A stretch of 53,697 nucleotides of DNA from a virus. Taxonomy: Duplodnaviria; Caudoviricetes. The stretch's first letter is position 1. Each line of letters begins with the position of its first letter. The position numbers were made by a program, and so were the translations under genes. The notes under the pieces were generated by a model. It was not told the origin of the DNA and did no database searches. It saw nothing but the letters and a program-made list of their open reading frames with translations. The stretch covers positions 1 to 53,697 of the IMG/VR virus record IMGVR_UViG_3300037125_000089. One strand, given 5' to 3'. Positions 1 to 8,872 of this stretch are shown piece by piece.

Positions 1-1083
1 ATGTCTTCCGATGAAAATAAAAAAAACTTTACTGCTGTTGATAATAATTTGTTTGAGGCAATACTTCAATATAAATGCTCAGGAAATGAGAAGGATGTCA
101 TTTGGTCTGTAATAAGAGATACAATAGGATTCCAGAAACCGGAAGGAGCAGAGATTTCCGTAAGAAAGGTTTCAAATAGATTGAACAGGGATTTAAAAAC
201 AGTTCAGGGAAATATGAAATCGTTAATAGATAAATATGTTTTGATAGTTGTAAGCGAAGCAACATTTTCAAAACCAAGAAAAATAAAAGTCAACTACAAT
301 ACAAATCAGTGGCTTTCAATGCCGAATACAACAGGGGGTAATATCTACCCCTCAACAGGGGTAGATATACCAACACCGGCAGGTGAAGGTTTATACATCT
401 CAACAGGGGGTAGTATTTCCCCCTCAACAGGGGTAGATATACCAACACCGGCAGGTGAAGGTTTATACATCTCAACAGGGGGTAATATTTCCCCCTCAAC
501 AGGGGTAGATATACCAACAATAATAGATAGTTTAAAAAAAATAGAAATTAATATTAGTAATAGTAGTAACGATGTAATTGTAAAAGATTGGTTAAGTAAA
601 AATTATAGACTAGTAAAAGGTTATAATGCCAATTCGTTTGAATTAAACAGGCTTTTTAACATTATCTGTAAAAATATAAAAGCAGGCCCGGAGAATTTAT
701 TAAGTATAGTAAACGACCAGTTTGATTATTGGGGAACTAAACAAAATAACAAGAACGGGAAAGCAGAGTTCGAATATTTATCCAACATTCTCAATAAGAA
801 CCTGAATGTTGCCGCTAAAAGTATTAAGTCTAGTAAAGAGAATGAAATTGATTTTGTTCAGGTTAACAATTCCGGGTTTATTTACAATGGGATAGAATTC
901 GGCAAAGAGTTTTTATCTGAATACGAAGGCAAGAAAGTACTGTTATTCAAGAATCAATTTTCACCGGACGGTATGCCGGTATATTATGTAAACGGAAACA
1001 ATAATAATCCAAAGTATTTAGGTTACGTTTGGCCTAAGATAAACGGAGAAATAAATAATTTCAAAGTTACAAATGGAATATGA
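1..1083 (+). CDS. Phage replication initiator (lambda O-like)
   Basis: N-terminal FTAVDNNLFEAIL...VIRDTIGFQK...IS winged-helix pattern typical of O-like initiators, followed by a central iteron-encoded repeat linker. Confidence 0.8.
   Translation: MSSDENKKNFTAVDNNLFEAILQYKCSGNEKDVIWSVIRDTIGFQKPEGAEISVRKVSNRLNRDLKTVQGNMKSLIDKYVLIVVSEATFSKPRKIKVNYNTNQWLSMPNTTGGNIYPSTGVDIPTPAGEGLYISTGGSISPSTGVDIPTPAGEGLYISTGGNISPSTGVDIPTIIDSLKKIEINISNSSNDVIVKDWLSKNYRLVKGYNANSFELNRLFNIICKNIKAGPENLLSIVNDQFDYWGTKQNNKNGKAEFEYLSNILNKNLNVAAKSIKSSKENEIDFVQVNNSGFIYNGIEFGKEFLSEYEGKKVLLFKNQFSPDGMPVYYVNGNNNNPKYLGYVWPKINGEINNFKVTNGI
329..519. repeat. 72-bp tandem repeat (about 2.65 copies), probable origin iterons
   Basis: Units start at 329, 401 and 473, giving six CAACAGGGG(G)TA cores. 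Perfect 12-bp inverted repeat atatctacccct/aggggtagatat at 341-368. Position inside an O-like gene matches lambdoid origins. Confidence 0.85.
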
Positions 1084-1255
1084 TGATAAGAATCATCTTG
1101 ATGAATATAGAAGATGTCCAAATTGTTTAGAATGGGGAAGAGTAATAAAATGTTTAAAAACAAACAAAGTATATATTGAATGCTGGAACTGCTATAAAGA
1201 AAAAGGATATGTAGAAATGCAGCTTGATATATTTTTACACCAAGATTTAGAATGA
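1073..1255 (+). CDS. Small zinc-ribbon protein
   Basis: CPNC...CWNC; overlaps the end of the initiator gene. Confidence 0.6.
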   Translation: MEYDDKNHLDEYRRCPNCLEWGRVIKCLKTNKVYIECWNCYKEKGYVEMQLDIFLHQDLE

Positions 1256-1337
1256 AAATTTATTGAGAAACATTTAATAAAATATTTGCCGTAAAAAAAA
1301 CAGGGGTAAATTAATAACAAAACAAAGGGCCAAAGTT

Positions 1338-1814
1338 ATGATTGAATTACCAGCATTAAGCTACCATCAACCATGGGCAAGTTTAATAACTACACCCATA
1401 GAAGAAAACATTAATTACGGAATACCGATAAAGGATTATGAAAACCGTAATAGAAGAATTGTTACACATCTGAACAGGATAACTCTTGTTCATGCCACCG
1501 GAAATATAAACGATTTTGAATTTGACAAAGCAAAAAGAATATACTTTAGAGTAACACACGGAAAGGATTTGCCGGATATAGAAAATTATTCGTACGGCGG
1601 AATAATCGGCTGGGCTGTCTACGATAAGTGTATTGTCGTAAAAAATGAAAATAAAAACATTTCAAAATGGTTAGAAGGCGATTTCGGCTGGCATATTATA
1701 GAAAGCGGACCAACCGATTTTATTCCATGTAACGGTTCAAGAAATTGGTTCAAAATTGAGGTGCCTGATACTTTTATACCTGAAGAAATATTGGAAAAGT
1801 ATAGAATAGACTAA
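1338..1814 (+). CDS. ASCH domain protein
   Basis: ALSYHQPWASLI...IKDYENR...LVHA...GGIIG...FIPCNG ASCH signature. Confidence 0.85.
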   Translation: MIELPALSYHQPWASLITTPIEENINYGIPIKDYENRNRRIVTHLNRITLVHATGNINDFEFDKAKRIYFRVTHGKDLPDIENYSYGGIIGWAVYDKCIVVKNENKNISKWLEGDFGWHIIESGPTDFIPCNGSRNWFKIEVPDTFIPEEILEKYRID

Positions 1815-1953
1815 AGAGTAATAAACATTAAAAGGAGTAACCTGAAAATGCAACGTGAAAAACCCTCGAATCAACAAAAGAAAGATGAACAATTAGTTAG
1901 CAAAGGCTTATCTCAACAACCACAAAAACACTTGTGTTTGATGGTTATTCCTT

Positions 1954-1990
1954 ACCCCTTTGTGTTTCCCCTTTATAAAAGAAGGGGAAA
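1954..1990. repeat. Hairpin repeat, copy 1
   Basis: 28 bp (1954-1981) identical to 11093-11120; tttcccctt/aaggggaaa stem. Confidence 0.8.
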
Positions 1991-1998
1991 GGGAGTAA

Positions 1999-3018
1999 AT
2001 GATGACTAATATTGAATGGACTCATATCCCTGGATATCTTCCGGAAACCTGGAACCCGACAGCAGGATGTACTAAAAAGTCTGAAGGTTGTAAAGAATGT
2101 TATGCAATACCACAAGCATGGATAAGAATGCATAACCCGAAACTCAAAGAGAAGTATACCGATACAGTTGAAAAGTTAGCTAACGGTAAATTGAATTGGA
2201 CCGGTAAAATAAATATTTATGAACCTCATATGGAATTGCCACTTAAATGGAAGAAACCGCGCGCAATTTTTGTTGATTCCATGAGTGATATTTTTCATGA
2301 AAATCTCTATAAAAACGGAATATTGGGATTGGAGTTTCTTGATAAATTAATAGAGATTATATACAACTGCCCCCAACATATTTTCATAATTTTAACTAAG
2401 CGAATAGATATAACTGATGTTGTACTACCAAGGATTTTAAAGAGTTATAGATACCCAGAAAATATTTGGTTAGGTGTATCAGTAGAAAACCAAAAAGCTG
2501 CCGATGAAAGAATTCCAGTTCTTCTTCGAATGCCAGTTAGAGTAAAGCTTTTAAGTTGTGAACCATTGTTGGCTTTCGTGAATTTGAATAAGTATTTGCT
2601 AGAAGGAAAAATATGGAATACCATACCAATCAAGGACAGAACTAAATGGTTAGATTTAATTGATTGGGTGATTGTCGGAGGAGAAAGCGGTAAACATGCA
2701 AGACCAATGCACCCTAAATGGGCATTATCAATTCGTGACCAATGTGCTGAAGCAAATGTACCATTTTTCTTTAAGCAATGGGGAAGCTGGATGCCGTTAA
2801 TGAGTTATGCTAAATGTATTACAAATGATAAAAGTTGTATATCGATTGATATTGACGGTAATATTGTTGATTCCTTGGATAAATTAAAAAACGATAGTTA
2901 TGCTTTTATGAAGAAAAGTAAAAAGGAAGCAGGTAGGATGCTCGATGGCAAAGAGTATAATGAGTTTCCCCACCTTCACGAAAGTTATGGAGGGCAGGTG
3001 GAAATAGTTTCAAGTTAA
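1999..3018 (+). CDS. DUF5131 / phage Gp37Gp68 family protein
   Basis: TNIEWT...WNPTAGCTKKSEGCKECYA (CX6CX2C), FVDSMSDIFH, LTKR, WLGVSVENQ, SCEPLL, DWVIVGGESG, PFFFKQWG. Confidence 0.92.
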   Translation: MMTNIEWTHIPGYLPETWNPTAGCTKKSEGCKECYAIPQAWIRMHNPKLKEKYTDTVEKLANGKLNWTGKINIYEPHMELPLKWKKPRAIFVDSMSDIFHENLYKNGILGLEFLDKLIEIIYNCPQHIFIILTKRIDITDVVLPRILKSYRYPENIWLGVSVENQKAADERIPVLLRMPVRVKLLSCEPLLAFVNLNKYLLEGKIWNTIPIKDRTKWLDLIDWVIVGGESGKHARPMHPKWALSIRDQCAEANVPFFFKQWGSWMPLMSYAKCITNDKSCISIDIDGNIVDSLDKLKNDSYAFMKKSKKEAGRMLDGKEYNEFPHLHESYGGQVEIVSS

Positions 3019-3043
3019 CCAAGTTAAAAGGAATGAATATTAT

Positions 3044-3313
3044 ATGAAGATTATTCTAAAAGATATACCGATGAACAGTTATATGTTTATGGATGGAAAA
3101 GAGGGAGCAGCAGTACAAGGTTATCGAAACGATGAATTTGGAATAGTTTTAATTAGATCGCGTAAATCAAGAAAGGATAGTTTCGTTAATACCTGGAGTA
3201 GTGAACATTTGCCCAATCAAGAATTTAAGACATTCAAAGACTTGAGAGATGAATTGATTAGAAAAAAAATTTTTAGTGATTCCTTAAACAAGAAGGAAGA
3301 TAAAGATGGGTGA
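3044..3313 (+). CDS. Hypothetical phage protein
   Basis: ORF in a tightly packed co-oriented run. Confidence 0.6.
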   Translation: MKIILKDIPMNSYMFMDGKEGAAVQGYRNDEFGIVLIRSRKSRKDSFVNTWSSEHLPNQEFKTFKDLRDELIRKKIFSDSLNKKEDKDG

Positions 3314-3551
3314 AATTAAAGAAGAAAATAAGATGGTTAAAGAATTTCATGAAGATGGATTAATAGCTGTAGTAGAAATATTAGAGGATAATTCAAATGA
3401 CATTTATGAAAAATATAAAATCAAATTCATGGAAATAAAAAAAGAGTCGCCTTTTTTTATCAACCCTGATATCGGCGAAGTAATCGATATAGAAAAAATG
3501 AAGGGTGTTAGCTGTCCGGGTTTATGGTATTTAAATAAAATCAACAATTAA
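3306..3551 (+). CDS. Hypothetical phage protein
   Basis: Overlaps the end of the upstream ORF; purine-rich RBS. Confidence 0.6.
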   Translation: MGEIKEENKMVKEFHEDGLIAVVEILEDNSNDIYEKYKIKFMEIKKESPFFINPDIGEVIDIEKMKGVSCPGLWYLNKINN

Positions 3552-3563
3552 AGAAATAAAAAA

Positions 3564-3809
3564 GTGTCACTAGTAGTTTCAAGTAATATCATTACCGGTG
3601 TAAAGAATATTACCGGAAAAAGAAAAAGTTATGTGAAACTCTGTAATTATGAAAAGATTCGTGAAACAGAGGGTGTTAAAGGCGCAGCTTATTTAAAGTT
3701 TGGAAAATTGGAGCTGTGGATCCCGAAAAGTTTGTTGAAATATGACCGATCAGCTATTCTCTGGGTTAAGAAGTGGTTTTTTGAAAAATATTTAAGAAAA
3801 AATTTATGA
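3564..3809 (+). CDS. Hypothetical phage protein
   Basis: RET..KGA....WIPKS...WVKKWF pattern reminiscent of small phage proteins; start uncertain. Confidence 0.6.
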   Translation: MSLVVSSNIITGVKNITGKRKSYVKLCNYEKIRETEGVKGAAYLKFGKLELWIPKSLLKYDRSAILWVKKWFFEKYLRKNL

Positions 3810-4093
3810 AAAAAAATAAAAGAAAAAACTTAGGCGGTTATGGTATTTGTAATAAGTGTATTCCTAAAAGGTCAGTATTTTTTTGTTTAAGCCGCGGTGG
3901 AAATAAGTTAATTGCTATTGAACCTAGTTCTTTAAGCGAAGCAGAAAAATTTGAGGCAAGAAGATTTTTCCCGGTTTACTTTGATCCGTTAAGACATGTG
4001 AAACATAGTACTAACTGCCAGGGATTTTCTTATAAAAAAAAGTATATGAAATTGAAAACCGGGGAAAGTATGCCGGTTCCGTATAGTGATTAG
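3806..4093 (+). CDS. Hypothetical protein, possibly zinc-binding
   Basis: CNKC...H..NC; ATGA overlap with the upstream gene. Confidence 0.6.
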   Translation: MKKNKRKNLGGYGICNKCIPKRSVFFCLSRGGNKLIAIEPSSLSEAEKFEARRFFPVYFDPLRHVKHSTNCQGFSYKKKYMKLKTGESMPVPYSD

Positions 4094-4125
4094 TTTCAAG
4101 TTGCAGGTTTGTCAAGTTACAAGTT
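4092..4125 (+). repeat. CAAGTT 7-8-mer tandem tract (one of seven dispersed copies)
   Basis: agtttcaagttgcaggtttgtcaagttacaagtt; others at 3006, 6098, 21389, 24844, 29177 and 38968. Confidence 0.85.
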
Positions 4126-4149
4126 AATTAAACGGAAGAAACATATAAC

Positions 4150-4557
4150 ATGAATTATGAGATTAATATTGTTGTACCCAAAAGAATTCCGACACTAATA
4201 AAGCAGAGATATAAAGGTGATTGCGCGGTTGCCTCATTGGCTATGTTTTTGGGTATAAGTTATGACGAAATTATTAAACATTATTCTGAAGAATTAGAGG
4301 TAATGTTTGAAAATGGTGTATGGGATCATAAAACATTTGAGGTTGCAGAAAAATACGGCGTTGAACTTACTTGTGTTTATAAGGATTTTGATTTCTCGAA
4401 ACCAAGCATGTTAATAATCCCAAGTTTTAATCTTAAAGATAAAAACCATATGGTATTTTGGGATGGAGAAAAAGTATTTGATCCATCACCAGCTATAGTA
4501 TATAAAAGCAAACCGGAAAACATATTATATATTTTCCAAAGGTATAAGGAGCTATAA
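4150..4557 (+). CDS. Standalone C39-like cysteine peptidase
   Basis: IKQRYKGDCAVASLAM (Q-x5-C), then HMVFWDG and VFDP, giving a Cys-His-Asp triad pattern. Confidence 0.75.
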   Translation: MNYEINIVVPKRIPTLIKQRYKGDCAVASLAMFLGISYDEIIKHYSEELEVMFENGVWDHKTFEVAEKYGVELTCVYKDFDFSKPSMLIIPSFNLKDKNHMVFWDGEKVFDPSPAIVYKSKPENILYIFQRYKEL

Positions 4558-4560
4558 CTA

Positions 4561-4758
4561 ATGGGTGATATTCCAAAAGTTGATGAACATTGGACATGTG
4601 AGTTTGGACCAAACAAATCTAAAATTATTGTAAAAATATTGGAAATGCCTAAACCTAATAAACATATTAAAAACGTTATGGTTCAAGATTTTGTATGTGA
4701 TAGAAAAGGTGAAAAGATATTAGTTAGCGGGTCATGTTTAATCGAAAAATGGGATTGA
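4561..4758 (+). CDS. Hypothetical phage protein
   Basis: AGGAG upstream; packed in the operon. Confidence 0.6.
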   Translation: MGDIPKVDEHWTCEFGPNKSKIIVKILEMPKPNKHIKNVMVQDFVCDRKGEKILVSGSCLIEKWD

Positions 4759-4798
4759 TAATTATTTTTTATAAACAATAAATGAAAGGAGGATTTAC

Positions 4799-5176
4799 AT
4801 GGATGAAAGATTTTTGAATGTTTTTGAGGTAGGGAAGAAGCGTACAAAGGATGGAATTTTATATCCATTGCCAGGAGATTTACAGAAGGCGTTCCTCAAA
4901 ACACAGGAAGTAGTGAATGCTACAAATAAAAAGCAAACCTTGAAATTAGAGGTTGTTATTGAACCGGATAAAAAGAAACCGGAAATAAGATTTATAAATT
5001 ATAAAATTATTGTACCGTTTATTCCGGAAGAAAGCAGCCCGATAGTCGCTGAGGTAAATAAAGACGGTAAAATTATTTCAACTGCAGAGAGACCGGATTT
5101 TCTCGGCCAGATTGATTGGGTTGATGAATTAATGAAAGAAGAAGAAAAACTGAAAGTTATCAACGGAAAAAAATAA
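4799..5176 (+). CDS. Hypothetical protein, possible partner of the downstream DUF2303-like gene
   Basis: AGGAGG RBS; gene context. Confidence 0.65.
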   Translation: MDERFLNVFEVGKKRTKDGILYPLPGDLQKAFLKTQEVVNATNKKQTLKLEVVIEPDKKKPEIRFINYKIIVPFIPEESSPIVAEVNKDGKIISTAERPDFLGQIDWVDELMKEEEKLKVINGKK

Positions 5177-5201
5177 ACTATAATAAAAAAGGAGTTATAA
5201 A

Positions 5202-6089
5202 ATGTCAGTAAATACAGAAAATATGTATGTAAATGTAAAATCAGAAAACGGTAAAGTATTATTTGGGAGTGATTATCATTTACTGAAAGATAAAAGTTGC
5301 GGAAATTTTCATACAAATTCTTTAATTGATTTTAGAAATTACTTAGTAAAATTCGAAAAAGAATTATCTGTATTCATAGGCAGTATTACAATTGACGGTT
5401 TAAACAATGTTGAAGCGTATGTTTCAGAATCAATAAAAAATATCACAAGAAACACTTATCCGGCAGCAAGCTGTAATTATAAGATTCATCCGGCCCTTGC
5501 ATTATTATTTGGTATGAATACCATGAAGTTTTCTCATTTAGAGTTTATTACAATTATAGAACGTTTGAAAAAGTATCTGAAAGGCGGGTTAGATAATAAT
5601 TCGGATTTGTTTCTTAGTTTATCGGACTTGAAAATACAAAGAAATATTGAACTTGTTTCTTACAAAAGCAACAGGGGCGAGTTCGAACTATCCGTAAAAA
5701 GCAGAAATTCCGAAGGTAATGAGAATAAAAATAATTCATTATTTAAATTGCCCGAAACTATCACCTTCGAAATCCCGCTGCTGGAGATGTTTGATAAGAA
5801 GATAGAAATAGAGTTTGAATTGAATTTGCCGGTGGACAGCAAAAGTGAAATACCGGAGCTTACGTTAATGATACAGAATTTTGAACTTGAAGAAATTGTG
5901 AAAAATCAGTTAAAAGCTATGTTATTGGAATTCATTACTACCGGTGAGGTACTTGATGACGGAGATGACGGAGATGACGGAGATGACGGACTTGTTGAAG
6001 AAAGTGCCGGAAATATTAAAACATACTATGGAGATCTGGTTATAAATAAAGCTGATGATGAGTGGATGTATAAAAAGAATTCTGTGTAA
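5202..6089 (+). CDS. Phage protein, possibly DUF2303/YfdQ-like
   Basis: AGGAG RBS; SLIDF..YL, FS..EF...IE and KLPETITFEIPL resemble DUF2303. Family call tentative. Confidence 0.55.
   Translation: MSVNTENMYVNVKSENGKVLFGSDYHLLKDKSCGNFHTNSLIDFRNYLVKFEKELSVFIGSITIDGLNNVEAYVSESIKNITRNTYPAASCNYKIHPALALLFGMNTMKFSHLEFITIIERLKKYLKGGLDNNSDLFLSLSDLKIQRNIELVSYKSNRGEFELSVKSRNSEGNENKNNSLFKLPETITFEIPLLEMFDKKIEIEFELNLPVDSKSEIPELTLMIQNFELEEIVKNQLKAMLLEFITTGEVLDDGDDGDDGDDGLVEESAGNIKTYYGDLVINKADDEWMYKKNSV
5955..5990. repeat. In-frame 9-bp tandem repeat (GATGACGGA)x4
   Basis: Four perfect copies encoding (DDG)4. Confidence 0.95.
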
Positions 6090-6188
6090 CTGATTTTAGT
6101 TGCAAGTTTCAAGTTGTCAAGTTGCATGTAGTTGAAAAAACAGGGGTAAATAAAGTATTAAGGGCCAAATTAATATTCCTAATCTATA

Positions 6189-7037
6189 ATGAAAAAATTA
6201 ATTGCGTTTAATTATTACGGCGGGAAGTTCAGACACTTGGATTGGATATTGGAAAAATTACCACATACAAAAAGCTATTTAGAACCATTTGGCGGAAGCG
6301 GAGTGGTTATGTTAAATAAAAAACCAACACAAATTGAATGTTTGAACGATAAAAATGACAAAATAGGTAACTTCTTTGAAGTAATAAGAACTAAAGAAGA
6401 TGAATTTCTTCGAAGTGTTTATTTGACACCTTATTCAAGAAGAGAATACCTAAAATGTTTCAAATCTTTGAATGAAGGTGATAATTTAGACAGAGCAAGA
6501 AAATTTTTTGTTGTTTGTAGTCAATCATTTAATGGAAGTACAGTTAGGCAAACTGGTTTTAAAATGTCAACTATTGAAAGTAGAGCAAATATAAGTGAAT
6601 CTGTTAATAGATGGTTAGCAAAATTAATAAGCCTGAAACCTATTATTCAAAGGATGAAGACAGTACAGCTTACGGATTATGATTTTAGAGTAGTCATTCC
6701 GAAATTTGATTCAGATAAAACCCTTATTTACGCAGACCCTCCTTACTTACTTTCCAAAAGATATTACAGAGATAAATATGATAATGTGTTTGAATATGAA
6801 ATGGATGATGCAGATCATGAAGAATTACTGGAAATATTGTTGAATTGTAAAAGTAAGATCGCAATTTCTGGTTATGATAATGATTTATATAATGATAAGC
6901 TAAAAGATTATTATAAATCAGTTGGACCCCCAAAAAGAACTTCAACCATGCATTCAAAAAAACAGGAAGTTCTCTGGACAAATTATGATCCTAATAATAT
7001 TCACCAGTTATCACTATTAAGTCTGAAGACAGAATAA
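6189..7037 (+). CDS. DNA adenine methyltransferase, D12/Dam class
   Basis: FNYYGGK, EPFGGSG (motif I), YADPPY (motif IV), EVLWTNY. Confidence 0.93.
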   Translation: MKKLIAFNYYGGKFRHLDWILEKLPHTKSYLEPFGGSGVVMLNKKPTQIECLNDKNDKIGNFFEVIRTKEDEFLRSVYLTPYSRREYLKCFKSLNEGDNLDRARKFFVVCSQSFNGSTVRQTGFKMSTIESRANISESVNRWLAKLISLKPIIQRMKTVQLTDYDFRVVIPKFDSDKTLIYADPPYLLSKRYYRDKYDNVFEYEMDDADHEELLEILLNCKSKIAISGYDNDLYNDKLKDYYKSVGPPKRTSTMHSKKQEVLWTNYDPNNIHQLSLLSLKTE

Positions 7038-7041
7038 AGAA

Positions 7042-7587
7042 ATGAATACGAGTTACGAAAAATTAACAAATATAAATGATCAAAGATTATTTGGGACGAG
7101 AACAATCAGTACTAAAGATGAATGGTTAACCCCAAAATATATTATCGAAGCATTGGGAGAATTTGATCTTGATCCTTGTTCACCTTTAACTTTAAATAGA
7201 CCTTGGGATACTGCAAAAAAACATTTAACACTTATGGATGACGGATTAAAACATGAATGGAAAGGTAGAGTATGGTTAAATCCACCATATGGGAAAAAGG
7301 CAGTAAAGTGGATTAAAAAACTGCAATTTCATGGAAATGGAATAGCATTGTTATATGCAAGAACAGATACAAAAATGTTTTTTGATCATATATGGAATAA
7401 TGCTGATTCAATTTTCTTTATAAAGGGAAGGATTAAATTTTATCATTCTAATGGAGTAATATCTTCACAAAACGCAGGTGCCCCTTCTGTATTGATAGCT
7501 TACGGCTTTGAAAATTCCAAAGTTTTACAAGAATGCAATATCAAAGGAAAGTTTATCGAATTAAAAAGGAATAATAATGAGAAATAA
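7042..7587 (+). CDS. Phage N6-adenine DNA methyltransferase (small phage Dam type)
   Basis: DEWLTP, FDLDPC, DDGL, VWLNPPYG, ARTDT, FIKGRIKF. Confidence 0.92.
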   Translation: MNTSYEKLTNINDQRLFGTRTISTKDEWLTPKYIIEALGEFDLDPCSPLTLNRPWDTAKKHLTLMDDGLKHEWKGRVWLNPPYGKKAVKWIKKLQFHGNGIALLYARTDTKMFFDHIWNNADSIFFIKGRIKFYHSNGVISSQNAGAPSVLIAYGFENSKVLQECNIKGKFIELKRNNNEK

Positions 7588-7602
7588 TGTAGATAGTATA
7601 TA

Positions 7603-8145
7603 ATGACTACTTATATGACAAGAAAAGCATACGAACATTGGGGAAAGGTTATAAATGATGGGAGGCAACCATTACCAAACAATGTTGCTTATTTATATAG
7701 TGACCATCCCCAACAGCCCTGGATAGCCGTAACGTGGGACGAAGTGCATAAAGAAAGGGCTGAAATACAAGCTAGTAATCTTGAATATATAAGAAGAATA
7801 GACACACAAATTAAGCCTGGGTTTATTTGGGTGTTTGATAACGGTCCTATCTTTCCATATGGCGGTAAATGGCATTATGTGAAAACATTTAATGAACAGT
7901 TTCCTTTGAACTTTATAGGAGAAAAGATAGAGCTGATATTAAAATGTATGAACTTATTCCCTTGTGGAGTTTTACCGTTAATAGAAAATCATGAGTTATG
8001 GATGAAAGAGTTTATAAAACAATATCGCAAGCCAAATAAAAGAAGGAAAAAACAAGGTTTGAAAAAAGTTTGGTGTAAAATTAATCATAACAATCTAATA
8101 GATGTATTTATTAAAAGTAAAAAGGTAGAGTTTAATGAGAAATAA
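7603..8145 (+). CDS. Hypothetical phage protein
   Basis: 180-aa ORF in the operon. Confidence 0.7.
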   Translation: MTTYMTRKAYEHWGKVINDGRQPLPNNVAYLYSDHPQQPWIAVTWDEVHKERAEIQASNLEYIRRIDTQIKPGFIWVFDNGPIFPYGGKWHYVKTFNEQFPLNFIGEKIELILKCMNLFPCGVLPLIENHELWMKEFIKQYRKPNKRRKKQGLKKVWCKINHNNLIDVFIKSKKVEFNEK

Positions 8146-8296
8146 AGTGGCAAAAAGTTTAAGAAAGAAAGCTCTTGATTTATCTGATAAAAGGATAAGC
8201 GTTAAGCTTCTAAGGTATGGCCAATATATTTGGGAAAATGGTTCACCCAAAAGGATTTATAAAGAATTAAAGAAACAGTACAGTAGAAAAAAATGA
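8135..8296 (+). CDS. Small basic phage protein, 53 aa (not in the ORF track)
   Basis: MRNKVAKSLRKKALDLSDKRISVKLLRYGQYIWENGSPKRIYKELKKQYSRKK; fills the gap and has an ATGA overlap with the ORF at 8293. Confidence 0.7.
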   Translation: MRNKVAKSLRKKALDLSDKRISVKLLRYGQYIWENGSPKRIYKELKKQYSRKK

Positions 8297-8544
8297 TTGA
8301 GCAAATAGAGTATTTACAGAGTTTTGGAATTTACATTAGTGTTTACCCGGAATTTTCCCCGGTAACGAATACTTTTATGGGTTGGACATATTGTGTTACC
8401 CCGGAATATGCTGATGAATTCATAGGCAATTGTGTTAAAACTTACGGTGAAGCCTTTTCTTATGCTGTGGATATAGGAGTTAAATTCGCTGCAGAACTGG
8501 AAAGAAAAAAAATTTTAAGTAAAGAACTAAATTTATTTGAATAA
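8293..8544 (+). CDS. Hypothetical phage protein
   Basis: GIYISV...TYGEA pattern; translationally coupled. Confidence 0.65.
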   Translation: MIEQIEYLQSFGIYISVYPEFSPVTNTFMGWTYCVTPEYADEFIGNCVKTYGEAFSYAVDIGVKFAAELERKKILSKELNLFE

Positions 8545-8863
8545 GAGGTGTATGATGAAAAATAATTTTTTGAGAATTGACAGACTGAAATACTGGAAGA
8601 ATAAGGTCAAAAAAGCAAAGGATAAATATAAAGTAATGAATCAAAAAGTTTTAATTGTTACAGGTAATTTTAACCAGTACAGAATTTATATAGAAGAAAA
8701 TAAAATTGATTTTAATAATTGTAAGTATGCCGGTAATGAATATTATTTATCCGGGTTGATGAACAGCTTTGACAAAATAATATTTGGAGAAGGTCATGAA
8801 AAAAATAAGCTGTTCAAAAAATACGGTAAAGAGTGGTTTAACAGATTTCTCAAGAAAGTTTAG
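8537..8863 (+). CDS. Hypothetical phage protein (start uncertain)
   Basis: ORF in the operon; GAGGTG precedes the ATG near 8552. Confidence 0.55.
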   Translation: MNKRCMMKNNFLRIDRLKYWKNKVKKAKDKYKVMNQKVLIVTGNFNQYRIYIEENKIDFNNCKYAGNEYYLSGLMNSFDKIIFGEGHEKNKLFKKYGKEWFNRFLKKV

Positions 8864-8872
8864 GGTAAAAAA

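Noticed and set aside
329-519. Possible CRISPR array
   Set aside because: The units are contiguous near-identical repeats with no unique spacers, and no cas genes are present.
290-520. Minus-strand 76-aa ORF with repeats
   Set aside because: It is the antisense shadow of the 72-bp iteron repeat inside the initiator gene.
1848-2009. 53-codon ORF after an AGGAG
   Set aside because: It runs through the hairpin repeat and has atypical composition; not enough support to call.
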